DNA from: Eledone cirrhosa
Lineage: Eukaryota
NCBI GenBank assembly: GCA_964016885.1
Contig: OZ024757.1
Coordinates: forward strand, 8,742,001-8,806,000
Length of the DNA: 64,000 nucleotides
Direction of reading: 5' to 3'
The notes beneath the pieces are model-generated. The model did not search any database and had not been told where the DNA came from. It saw only the letters and a program-made list of their open reading frames with translations. The position numbers and the translations under genes were made by a program. Shown piece by piece: positions 37,331 through 62,200 of this stretch (its first letter is position 1; each line of letters opens with the position of its first letter).

Positions 37331-37585
37331 ATCATCATCATCGTTTAACGTCCATATTCCACGCTTGCATGGGTTTGGACGGGAGTTTTCCCACTTGAGG
37401 TAAGAGTGGTTGTCTTGCTCACATAGGACTGTCTGGCGGGTTTTCTACGGCTGGATGCCCTTCCTAACACCAACCACATTTACAGTGTGGAACTGGGAGG
37501 TTTTTACCGTGTTACCTACACGGCCACATTACAGCGTGGACTGTGTGTTTATTTTGTCGTGACACCTACACGACCTCATTTGTAC
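37331..37585 (-). mobile_element. 5'-truncated RTE 3' UTR copy (same family as 600-4397)
   Basis: Reverse complement of about 4020-4390 without the internal duplication. Confidence 0.8.
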
Positions 37586-37811
37586 TATATATATATATAT
37601 ATATATGATAATAATAATAATTGTTATAAAATAAAAAGAACGATTTGTTGTCTTAAGTGGTCCCCAACATTTTCTGCTTCAAATTAACCCCTATTATATA
37701 CAAATTGCAACGTATACCTTCCTGCCAGATGGTTGAACGTCCGAAAGTATATAATTTCCTTATGCATATTAACGGCTGAGTAGCCCAATTTGCATATCGG
37801 CAGGAAGGTAT

Positions 37812-37854
37812 ACGTTGCTGATGATAGCTAACAAGCTTGAAACTAGTACAGCGT
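37812..37854 (+). ncRNA. minimal type I hammerhead ribozyme
   Basis: Stem I ACGUUG/CAGCGU; CUGAUGA (37818-24); stem II AGCU(AACA)AGCU; GAAA-CUAG-UA with palindromic stem III ACUAGU. Confidence 0.82.
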
Positions 37855-38257
37855 TCCTTTGTCAGTGTTGAACAAACGAGCAACGATGGTTGCTGGACAC
37901 TACGGCTTAATTCGGGATGTTTGTTTACAAACACACCGAGCATTGTAGTGAATGTTTGGTGAATCCATACGTACATATATATATGTGTGCATGTATGTAT
38001 ATATACATACTACTGTACGTCTGTATACATATATGTATGTACGTATACATACTTATATTTAAGTTACAGCTGTACTAAGAGTGGGAAATGAAATTTTGTT
38101 TCATTTTTTTCGTTTATATGTATATATGTGAAGTAATTCCGTCGGAAAAGTCCAGGAAAAAAGAGTGCTCTATGTAGGTAACAGAGCTTAATAATTATGT
38201 AATAAACAACATAAGGCAATTATTTCATTTACCAGTGGTTTCTTAAAAGCAAACAAA

Positions 38258-39330
38258 TTTTAGAGAGTGAGGTACCACAGACATCACAGTGATATGGTTC
38301 CTCTCCTGTATATGTTAGTGTGTAGTGAAGCCACAACATTTAGAGAGTGAGGTACCACAGATATCACAGTGATATGGTTCCTCTCCTGTATATGTTAGTG
38401 TGTAGTGAAGCCACAACATTTAGAGAGTGAGGTACCACAGACATCATAGTGATATGGTTCCTCTCCTGTATATGTTAGTGTGTAGTGAAGTCACAACATT
38501 TAGAGAGTGAGGTACCACAGACATCACAGTGATATAGTTCCTTTCCTGTATATGTTAGTGTGTAGTGAAGCCACAACATTTAGAGAGTGAGGTACCACAG
38601 ACATTACAGTGATATGGTTCCTCTCCTGTATATGTTAGTGTGTAGTAAAGTCACAACATTTAGAGAGTGAGGTACCACAGACATCACAGTGATATAGTTC
38701 CTCTCCTGTATATGTTAGTGTGTAGTAAAGTCACAACATTTAGAGAGTGAGGTACCACAGTGATATGGTTCCTCTCCTGTATATGTTAGTGTGTAGTGAA
38801 GCCACAACATTTAGAGAGTGAGGTACCACAGACATCACAGTGATATGGTTCCTCTCCTGTATATGTTAGTGTGTAGTAAAGTCACAACATTTAGAGAGTG
38901 AGGTACCACAGATATCACAGTGATATGGTTCCTCTCCTGTATATGTTAGTGTGTAGTGAAGCCACAACATTTAGAGAGTGAGGTACCACAGACATCACAG
39001 TGATATGGTTCCTCTCCTGTATATGTTAGTGTGTAGTGAAGCCACAACATTTAGAGAGTGAGGTACCACAGACATCACAGTGATATGGTTCTTCTCCTGT
39101 ACATGTTAGTGTGTAGTAAAGTCACAGAATTTAGAGAAGCATTTACCACAGACATCAAAGTGATATGGTTCCTCTCCTGTAGATGTTAGTGTCTAGTGAA
39201 GCCACAACATTTAGAGAAAGATTTACCAAATATATCAAAGTGATATGGCTTCCCAGCTGTATGTATATGTTTGTGTGTAGTTCATGTAACATTCAAAGAG
39301 AATGGTTTCTCTCACATGTCACAATGAGCT
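38258..39330 (-). repeat. 80-bp minisatellite (about 11 homogeneous + 2 divergent units) derived from a C2H2 finger; ZNF pseudogene
   Basis: Units start at 38261, 38341 ... 38741, 38812 ... 39052; minus strand reads TGEEPYHCDVCGTSLSKCCGFTTH*. Confidence 0.88.
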
Positions 39331-39499
39331 AATACCGCTGCTGGACACAAAAAGTTTCTCTAAAAAATAAAGGCAGGCTGTATGATGCGTGTATACGAAC
39401 AGCAATGTTACATGGCAGTGAGACATGGGCATTGTGTGCAGAGGACCTGCACAGATTGGAAAGGAACGAAGCATGCATGCTCCGTTGGATGTGTAATTG

Positions 39500-53225
<13,726 letters not shown>

Positions 53226-53509
53226 AGGTTGTCGTGTATCTGACCTTGATGAAGCCTGTGTTTTGTTTACATTGTATATTGTGGAACACTTGTTTCTGTA
53301 AATATGTATAACATACACCCCTTCATGTCAAGATTGTTTTTTCCTATTTGGGACTTGGTACTCAGAAGGTCTGTTCTGGAATGTTCTGGTCGGAATCTGT
53401 CTGTTAGCGTTTGTATATTTTTGTGTGTGAGTCTCTGTGTGTGTCTGTCTGTGTGTATGTAAGGGTGTATTTATATATATGTGTGTGTTTTCTTTAAGAT
53501 ATTCCCTTT

Positions 53510-54405
53510 TCGAGGGCGGGTAAAATTCCCGAGATCCATGGACGAGTTCTCTCCAGCGGTCTCTGTCCCTCATTATCGCTGCCATGTCCTGCATCTCCAA
53601 CAGACCAGTGTCTGTCCTTAGGGCATCAACATACGTTAACCTTGATCTTCCACTTCCAGTGTGTCCATGTAGGGGCTCCCACAGGAGCACTGAGTGCAAT
53701 GTCAATTCTGGATATCGGTGAGCATGTCCAGCTAACCTCAGTCTCCTCTGTGTCCCTTTTGAGCTGACTTTTGAGAGTCTCCCATACACCTCTGAGTTTT
53801 TCATCCTCAGAGTATACTGATTAATGTTCAGAGCCATCATCACTATTCTCGTGTAGCACCCATCCACGATCTGAGTGCGTTTCTTGGTCAGTGTCCAAGT
53901 CTCAGACCCTTACAGCAGCACAGACTCCACTACAGCAATTAAGAAGCAGATTTTCTTGTCTTTAAGAAGGTCAGCCTCCGACACCGATCTCAAGCTGTGG
54001 CACGGCGCCCAGGCTTTGCTCTTCCTCTCAACCACATCATCTTCTGTATTCCCAATCTTTGCTCCCAAATACAGGAAGTCCTCAACCAATTCCAGCGGCT
54101 TCCCGCCTACATTAGTAATCCCCTCTGGCTTCTCAACATTCTCTACCAGATATTTTGTTTTAGTCTCATTCATTCTCAGCCCCAAACTCATCGACACAGT
54201 CTCAACCTCCATCATCAAATCCTCTGCCTCCTTCACTGTATTTGTCACCGAAACTTTTTCGTCGGCAAATTCAGCATCCGATACCATTTTTCGCCCTAAC
54301 TCTCCTGCTCTGAGCCGGTGCTACAGTAAAGCCAGAGTCCTGGTGTTTCTCCAGTGCAAGGCGCATATAATAGTCCACTACGATGATAAAAAGGTAGGGA
54401 GCCAA
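53510..54405 (-). mobile_element. 5'-truncated RTE/RTEX-like LINE of a different family
   Basis: LAPYLFIIVVDY..DAEFADE, VEDFLYLGA, AVVESVLL, RRLRLAGHAHR, LLWEP..GRSRLTYVD..DRDRW. Confidence 0.8.
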
Positions 54406-55149
54406 TGTAAGATATATTTACCTATATACATCGAAAGTGTGTTCCATATTAACAGTGGAGCATGGTAAACACATCTATTCTCGGTGAAAGCAAACGCAAA
54501 GAAAGACGGAGGAACCGGAAGCGAAAGAGGGGTAGAAGGCAGAAGTGGTGAGTACGAAGGATATAGAGAGAGAAAGAGGAGGAGAGAAAGGAAGTTAATA
54601 CAGGGTGACACAACGCAAGTCTAACTAGAACTAATAAACAAGAGAGATCGATAAAGAGAAAGGGAGAGGGAGACAGGGGGAGAGAAAGAGAGAGAGAGAA
54701 GGAGTTGATCCAAAAGAGTGATAGGATATAGGTCCGACCAGGAAAAACAAACCAAGCGAGATAGAGAGGGTGGAGAGGAGGTCACAGCAGTAAATACAAA
54801 AATATGGATTGAGAGAGATGTTGCTGTGTGGTTACTGATAACGCGTGTTAGTAAGGCGACACAAACAAGAGATAAACAGTTTCCCTTCATCAGTTGTCTA
54901 CGACGTGTCACAGATGTTTCAGCGCATTATAGACATTACATCTATCCGTAGCACGCCCATAGACTTTTATATATCAAAAAGCCATGAGGGAAAGAAGTGA
55001 TGGCGAAGAGAGAGAAATAAAGAAAAAAAAAGAAAAAAGGAAAATAAAGGAGAGAAATAAAGGAAAAAAAGTAGAAAACATACCGATAGGAGGGGCAAAC
55101 ACAGGACAGTGGTACATATAAGTAGTAACCAATATATATATATACCGCA

Positions 55150-56030
55150 CTATGCTCCACCTCTTCCGACGCCTCCAGTCCGCCCCCTCCACCTCCACCA
55201 TCTTCCTATACCCACCCCTCCCCTCATTCAAACACGCGCGTAATCACCGCTCCCTCCTCGTTCACAGCTCTCTAGCACACCCGCCCCCGGTTCCCTTCCC
55301 TGCTCCAGACCTCGTTGCCACACCTGCCCCCCCCCCCCAGATCACCAACACCACCACCTTCCAGCGTCCCAACGGCCACTCTTTCTCTGTCCGGCATGCC
55401 TTCCGCTGCACCTCCTCCAACCTCGTCTATGGACTTCGCTACACAGAGTGCAGCGCAACCTACGTCGGACAGACTGGACGTCGCCTGGCGGATAGGTTCA
55501 CTGAGCACCTTGGAGATATCCGTCTCGGCGGGAGTTCCCTCATCGCCCGCCACTTTGGTTCCCCTGGACATTCCGCCCACCACCTCACAGTCTGCGGCCT
55601 GATCCAATGCCATGGGACCCCCGCCACCCGCCTCACGGTCGAGCAACACACCATCTTCACCCTACAGATCCACATACCCCCCGGCCTGAACTCGCCACCC
55701 TCTTCCTTTAGCATTCGACCCCCTCCACTTATATTACTCCCCTCCCCTCACATCATCACAGATACACTCCCTCTCCACCACTCCACCCACCACCACCCCT
55801 ACACGCCTCGCACCATTTCACCACTTGTTTCTTTTAATTTTATTTTTTTTACTCTCCAAAAAATTCCTTTTCCTCCCATTTCTCGCCCCACCTATTTTTA
55901 ACTAATATTTTTAATGTATTTCCATCACTCCCCCACACACCCTCGGAACCCTCTTCCTGCCCACTTTTCTCCTGATGAAGGGCTTATGCCCGAAACGTCG
56001 TCCCCCAACCCCCACTCTCAAGCGTGAAAC
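55150..56030 (+). mobile_element. Penelope-like element 3' fragment: GIY-YIG endonuclease followed by pLTR
   Basis: FRCTSSNLVYGLRYTECSATYVGQTGRRLADRFTEHLGDIR..IARHF..H..RLTVEQHTIFTL..PPGLN in ORF 55152-55901; hammerhead motif downstream. Confidence 0.88.
55971..56000 (+). ncRNA. PLE-type minimal hammerhead motif (stem I degenerate)
   Basis: CUGAUGA-A-GGGC(UUAU)GCCC-GAAA-CG-UC. Confidence 0.65.
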
Positions 56031-56039
56031 TAATAAATT

Positions 56040-56217
56040 TTTCTACTTTAGGCACAAGGCCAGCAATTACCCAGTACATTACTGGTACTTTATTTTATCG
56101 ACCCCGTAGGATGAAAGGCAAAGTCAACCTCGGCGGGATTTGAACTCAGATCGTAAAGGGACGTAACTCTGCTAGAAACTATGGCGTCCAACCCTCTACC
56201 GATACTGCCAATTCACC
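56040..56217 (-). mobile_element. SINE family 2 (another tail begins at about 63980)
   Basis: TTTCTACTTTAGGCACAAGGCC...GATGAAAGGC...GGATTTGAACTC...CTGCCAATTCACC. Confidence 0.82.
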
Positions 56218-56309
56218 AACATTTGTACTGCCTCTTCGCTTCCACGTTTTTTTGTTTTGTTTACTGTCGCAACTTGAAAAAAAAAACATATATTTATATA
56301 TATATATAT

Positions 56310-56486
56310 AACGAAGGAAATGTGGTAAGGAACCAGGTGGACCATAACGCACCAAAGTACTCAATACTTGGGGTAGTAGAGTGGGTAATAGGAACCAGTA
56401 AGACCCCGACGGCTGAGCTCAAGCCGTTTCGACGGCTAATTAGCCGTCGAAACGGCTTGAGCTCAGCCGTCGGGGTCTTACTGGTT

Positions 56487-56491
<5 letters not shown>
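56310..56491 (-). mobile_element. element in (TA)n with a perfect 104-bp palindrome (56388-56491) containing half a hammerhead, plus tail
   Basis: Axis at 56439/56440 inside GACGGCTAA|TTAGCCGTC, followed by GAAA-CGGCU(UGAGCUC)AGCCG-UC-GGGGUC. Confidence 0.75.
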
Positions 56492-56518
<27 letters not shown>

Positions 56519-56522
<4 letters not shown>

Positions 56523-57995
56523 AAAGTTAAACAAGGTTCAATGAATACATCAAAGAATGAGTTTTACAATAGATTGGAAGCACTCAACAGTGAGGTTTTC
56601 CAGAGTTATTAATATTAATTCAAAATATTAACAAAATAGATATTCTTGTGATCAATTATATTTTATTATACATATTTCAGAGGTACTAAGTTAAGTTCAA
56701 CAGTACGTCCTCGTTAGATAAAATAAGATGATGCATGACATACCCTGACATAGTAGCCGGTTAAGATTCAGTCATGGTAGTGATTAACTTATGACAAAAC
56801 TCAATATTTATACCCTAATATTGAGAACATGAGATAACATAATAAAAACAATAGAGAGGTTGCGTGTAATAGAGCTTAAGAAATACATGGCATCAATATA
56901 ACAGTTATAATATTTTATTTTTAAAAACTACTGGAGAAAGAGGAGGGAAAGGAAAGCATAGAGGAAGAAATAGCTGATGTGATAATATATATAGTAGGTG
57001 GCTTGAAAAAACAGATGAAAGATGATTAAAGAGAGAGCGAGACAAAGGGGAGTAATTTATGTTCAAGTTTATATAGATGTCCATATATGCAACACATGTC
57101 CAAATTAATATCGTTGCCGGTTAATTTTCAAAATATTTAATTTAAGTTATTTCAGAGTAATGAATAATATTTTAGGTTTTAAAAGTTAATAGGTATTTGT
57201 ATTAATATTATAATTATGTTTAATTTCTAAAATTCAAATTTTATGAAAACAAATTTAAAGGATTTACGAAACACGAGAAAGAAAATATATATATAATGTT
57301 TTTATATCTTCACGAAGGTAATCTTTACCAAAATTATTTATAATATTGACAACAGTTTATATAATATAATTTATAAAATAATTATAGTTATAATTATTAA
57401 AGAATTTATTGTTAAATAGTTTGAGTGCCTAAAGTATCAAGCGGCCTTATAACTAAACTTAAAGAGTCCGAATTTTTAAAAAATACAAAGATTATAGTTT
57501 ATTATTTGTTTATAATTGAGGTGATACCTTTCAAATATATATAATATAATATAATACAATAATGCAATAATGCAATATAGTAAATAAGTTACTGCAAATA
57601 TTGTTCAAGCCACCTACTAAATATATTATCACATCAACTGTTTCTTCCTCTATGCTTTCCTTTCCCTCCTCTTTCTCCAGTAGTTTAAAAAAAATGTTAT
57701 AACAGTTATATTGATGCCATGTATTTCTTAAGCTCTATTACACGCACCCTCTCTATTGTTTGTATTATGTTATCTCATGTTCTCAATATTAGGTTATAAA
57801 TAGTGAGTTTTGTCATAAGTTAATCACTACCATGACTGAATCTTAACCATCTACTATGTCAGGGTATGTCATGCATCATATTATTTTATCTGATGAGGAC
57901 GTACTGTTGAACTTAACTCAGTACCTCTGAAATATGTATAATAAAATATAATTGATCACAAGAATATCTATTTTGTTAATATTTTGAATTAATAT
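56519..57995 (-). mobile_element. large fold-back Penelope-like element: about 395-bp inverted arms, 600-bp AT-rich spacer, tail, (TA)n flanks
   Basis: Arms 56612-57007 and 57604-57995; shares TCAGGGTATGTCA, GAAATATGTATAAT and the tail motif TGTTGAGTGCTT with the 21448 family. Confidence 0.75.
57882..57948 (+). ncRNA. type I hammerhead ribozyme
   Basis: Stem I UAUUUUAU/AUAAAAUA; CUGAUGA (57890-96); stem II GGACGUACUG/CAGUACCUCU; GAAA-U-AUGU-A-UA. The opposite-arm copy has CUAACGA. Confidence 0.78.
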
Positions 57996-58408
57996 ATATA
58001 TATATATGCATATAAACAGAAAATGATGAACAAACAAAACACACTTATCAACATTATTTATTCTTTACATAATGTTTCATACATAATCTAACACAGTGAA
58101 TTTTAAAATAAATAAATAAATGTATAAATATATTTAAAATGTGTGGAAGTATTAATGAATTTTATCTTCCATTTGTCGATATCTCGACTCCCTTCTCTTT
58201 CAATCTATCTCTCGCTCCCTCTCTCTTTCTATCTACCCTTCACAACCCCTCCCACTCATTCACTCTGGTGATTGATGTTGATGAAAGTAGGAGAGTGTGG
58301 AATGGTGTTCATGCTATCTTTCACAGAAACTCAAATGAAATTATGTATATTGTTAACGATGGAACGGATCGAATGATTTCAATCAGATGAAATGCTTTGA
58401 AAACGCTA

Positions 58409-58502
58409 AATATATCTGAGGACCCTGCGAATGTAGAGTCAGGTTGGATCTATAATAGATCCTGCCTTGAGCTGATCATCGGAGAAACATATGTAATATG
58501 TT
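58409..58502 (+). ncRNA. type I hammerhead ribozyme with a long stem II
   Basis: Stem I AAUAUAU/AUAUGUU; CUGAGGA (58416-22); 61-nt insert capped by GGAUCUA(UAA)UAGAUCC; GAAA-CAUAUG-UA; about 40-bp tail then (TA)n. Confidence 0.68.
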
Positions 58503-59049
58503 AACAAAATGTGTTTTGATGCATCACTGATTCCTCGTTATCTATAATATATATATATATACACGAAAGGGTCAACAAACGTACCACCCCAAAACAAGGT
58601 GCATCCCTTACTTTAGCAAGCATCATCTGGTTTGCCAGCACTGTGGTCATAGTTGGAAAGAACAAACAAAAGGTAGGTAAGGAACTCCAAGAGGAACTGA
58701 AGCACGATTGTAAGGAGAGAAGTAAACAAGAACATGTAAAGAAGGAAAAATAAAAATAGATATAAAGAAAACAGATTTTTTAAAAAGTGAAAATAAAGGG
58801 GTAGGAAGGGGTGTATAGGTCGAGGATGGCAAGTGTGTATAGCAGTGGGTGGAGGCGAAGAGAAAGGTTGGGGAAGATAGAAAATGAGAGTCTGGGCAGG
58901 GATGGTGGAAGGTAAGGTGTATGTGTAGAAGAGGTCGATGGTATCATGAGGTAAAGATAAAGCTGGAGCGAGAGTAAAATGGTAATGAGGAAGTGAAATG
59001 GCAGTGTGGCACACGCAACCGGAAGTAGTGGTCGTTTCGGGAGAGTGGG

Positions 59050-61010
59050 AGCAGAGGGTGGTGTTGGAAGGACGGGGGGGTGACGGGTATGAGGGGTTTT
59101 GTGGGGGTGGAGCGTGGGGGGTGACGCGTGTGGGGGTGGAGCGTGGGGGTGACGAGTGTAGGGGTAAAGTGTGGGTTAAGTGGGGGTTAAGTGGGAGTAG
59201 ATAGGGGGGTGCCGGGTGTGAGGTGTTAAGTGGGAGTGGAGGGGGGTACAGGGGAGAGGGGTTAAGTGTGGGTGTGTGGTAGGTGGTGAGGGTGTACTTT
59301 GGGGTGGATGGGTGGGGCTACTGGGTGTGAGGGGTTAAGTGTGGGTGAGGGTAGGGGCGACGGATGTGAGGGTTAAGTTGGGGTGGATGGTGGGGAGGAG
59401 GTGGGGGATTAAGTGGGGTGTGGGTGGAGGGGTGGTGGTGCGGGGGGTTACGTGGGGGTGTAGGGGTGAGGTAGGTGGTAGGGGTTAGTTGGGTGGCGAT
59501 GTGTGGGTGTGTGTGAGTAGAGGTTAGTATTAGTTTAGGGGAAGGGGAAGGTATGGGTGGTAGGGTGGCGGTGGAGGGGTGGGGGTTAGATGTGTGAGGG
59601 GTTAAGTGGGGGTGTAGGGGTTTAATGGGGTTTGTTGGGGGGCGATGTGTGGGTGTGTGTGAGTAGAGGTTAGTATTAGTTTAGGGGAAGGGGAAGGTAT
59701 GGGTGTTGGGGCGGTGTGGAGGGGTGACGGGTGTGGGGGGTGGGGTAGGTGGTAAGGGGGTTAGTTGGGTGGAGGTTAGTTGGGTGGCGAGGTGTAGGTG
59801 TGTGTGAGTAGAGGTTAGTATTAGTTTAGGGGAAGGGGAAGGTATGGGTGTTGGGGCGGTGTGGAGGGGTGACGGGTGTGGGGGGTGGGGTAGGTGGTAA
59901 GGGGGTTAGTTGGGTGGAGGTTAGTTGGGTGGCGAGGTGTAGGTGTGTGTGAGTAGAGGTTAGTATTAGTTTAGGGGAAGGGGAAGGTATGGGTGGTGGG
60001 AACGTGTTGGTAGGGTGGGGGCGAAGGTGGGGTGAAGGTGATGAGTGTGTGGAGTTGGGTGGGGTGGGGTAGGGCAGGTGGTAAGGGGGTTAGTTGGGTT
60101 GTGAGGTGTGGGTGTGTGTGAGTAGAGGTTAGTATTAGTTTAGGGGAAGGGGAAGGTATGGGTGGTGGGGCGGTGTTGGGTTAGGTTGGGGTGGTTAAGT
60201 GGAGGGGTAGGTGGTGGTGGAGGGGTTAGATGGCGGTGCAGGCGTTGGGTGAGGTGGAGGTGTTAGGTGGTGGTGGAAGGATTAGGTGGTGGTGGAGGGG
60301 TTTGGTGGGTGTGGAGGGGTTATATGTGGGTGGAGGTGTTAGGTGGTGGTGGAGGGGTTTGGTGGGTGTGGAGGGGTTAGATATGGGTGGAGGTGTTTGG
60401 TGGCGGTGGAGGGATTAGGTGGTGGTGGAGGGGTTTGGTGGGTGTGGAGGGGTTAGATGTGGGGGTGGATGGATTATGTGGGGCTGGAGGGGTCTCAGAG
60501 GTGGGTGGTGGTGGTTGGGAGGAAGGAGAAGAGATCATGGTTGAGGTTATGGATGAAAAGAAGGATGGAGCTGGTGAGGAGGGGGGGGAGTGGAGTTGAG
60601 GTGAAGAAGGGTTTGGGGTAGGTTGTGGTCGAGGTTGCGGGTGTAGAGAGGGAGAAGCGGATTGAGACGTGCACGAGGAGATGGGAGGAGCGGAGTGAGA
60701 CACGTATGAGGAGACGGGTGGGGCGGGTAAGGATGTGTTGGGTTGGGAGTAATGAGAGGGGGGAGGCGTGGAAATGGAGCCGAAATACGGGGGGATGAGG
60801 AGTAGATGGAAGCAGCGGATGTGGCTGGAATGCTGGGTCTTAGCAAAGAAGAGGTAGGAGAGTTAGAGGGAGGGTTGGAGGTAGCAGGGAGGGAGGAGAA
60901 GTGTGAGGTGGTGTTTGAAGTGGGTGTGGAGTTGGTGGAGGAAGGATTACAGGTTAGGCATTGTAGGGACGGGGAGTGGAAAAGGGGTGTCCAAAGGGGA
61001 GACGGTAGTT
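59050..61010 (-). repeat. very G-rich (plus strand) low-complexity region with a roughly 145-170-bp periodic repeat; possibly a decayed Penelope 5' region
   Basis: GTGTGAGTAGAGGTTAGTATTAGTTTAGGGGAAGGGGAAGGTATGGG occurs five times (about 59511-60162); many GGG tracts. Confidence 0.6.
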
Positions 61011-61541
61011 AAAAAAACAAAACGAAAAACAAATAAAAAAAACAGATGGAAAGCAATGAGGGGAGGGTTCGTGAAGGGTGGAGAGAAATGGAGAGCGAGA
61101 GTGAGAGAGAGAGTTAGAGGGAGATAGATAGAAAGAGAGAGTGAGAGGGAGAGAGATTGAAAGAGAGAGGACCGAAATATCGAAAAATGGTGGATAAAAT
61201 TCATTAGTACTTCCTCAGATTTTCCCTATATTTCTACATTTATCCATTTATTTTAAAATGAACTGTGTTAGATATCAAATCAGTTAATATTTGAAATAAT
61301 TTACAGTGGTAGATTCTCTGTACGTTTGAAATGTTTTTTTCTCCTAAAATATCCCATATTTACTCTATGTTCACTAATAGTAGACAGAGGTTTTTATACA
61401 ATTTTTATACAATTTCTTATCGTATTCATTTTGTTCAATCTCTTATCGTTGTACATATCTGAAAACAAACATAAAAATCACAGTAAACTTACATAATGTG
61501 ATAAGTGGACAACTATAATTGTATAGTATGCTATTTAACAA

Positions 61542-62200
61542 CTAGCCCCGTGCCGTCAAAAATGACGGCTAATTGTAATATCTATATATAATATAAAAAA
61601 GAGTCGTTTGTTGGTTGGTTGCTTCCTTCGAGCCCACTCACACAAGTGATACGAACATGGAAACACACAGCTGTGACGAATCTTAGAATGCTTGACTTCT
61701 ATAGTTTCTCATACCCTCCTTCCTCAGTCAACGTAATCACCCCTTCCTTTTTCAGTCATCTCTAGTGCGATCCGGACAAATACACTCGGCTTTTATATTA
61801 GTAGACTAGCTGGCCCCCTGCCGTAGAAAATGACGGCTAAAGGGTAGATGTGTATTTGTATATACCTTTCAACTGCGGTCGTTTTATATTCTTGATAATT
61901 CTAATTTATTTCAATATTGCTAAGCTCGCGGGATTTGAAATTATGAATTTAGTGGTCTGTGAGGTCCGATAGGTTGGCGAAAAAAAAAACTGATTAACAA
62001 TTTAGGACTAATGTTATTGTAGAACATCTTGTAGGAAAATGCAGCTGTGGACCTTCCTCAGTTGCCGTAGTTGGGTCAATAAGTCAATGAATGGTCTTTT
62101 AATGTCTTTAGATTATTTTGATAAGGATGTCAATATCAGAAACTTTAAATTTAACAAGACGTTGAGAGTTTGTTACAATTAAAATGGTGGACATATTTAT
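61542..62200 (-). mobile_element. nested or tandem Helitron-like ends
   Basis: Two CTAG termini with adjacent hairpins (GCCGTCA-AAAA-TGACGGC at about 61552, GCCGT..ACGGC at about 61820); TCTATATATAATATAAAA and CTTTTATATTAGTAGA resemble 5' TC ends. Confidence 0.5.

Noticed and set aside
38258-39330. CRISPR-like regular array
   Set aside because: Head-to-tail identical units with no unique spacers, no cas genes, and a eukaryotic context; explained as a ZNF-derived minisatellite.
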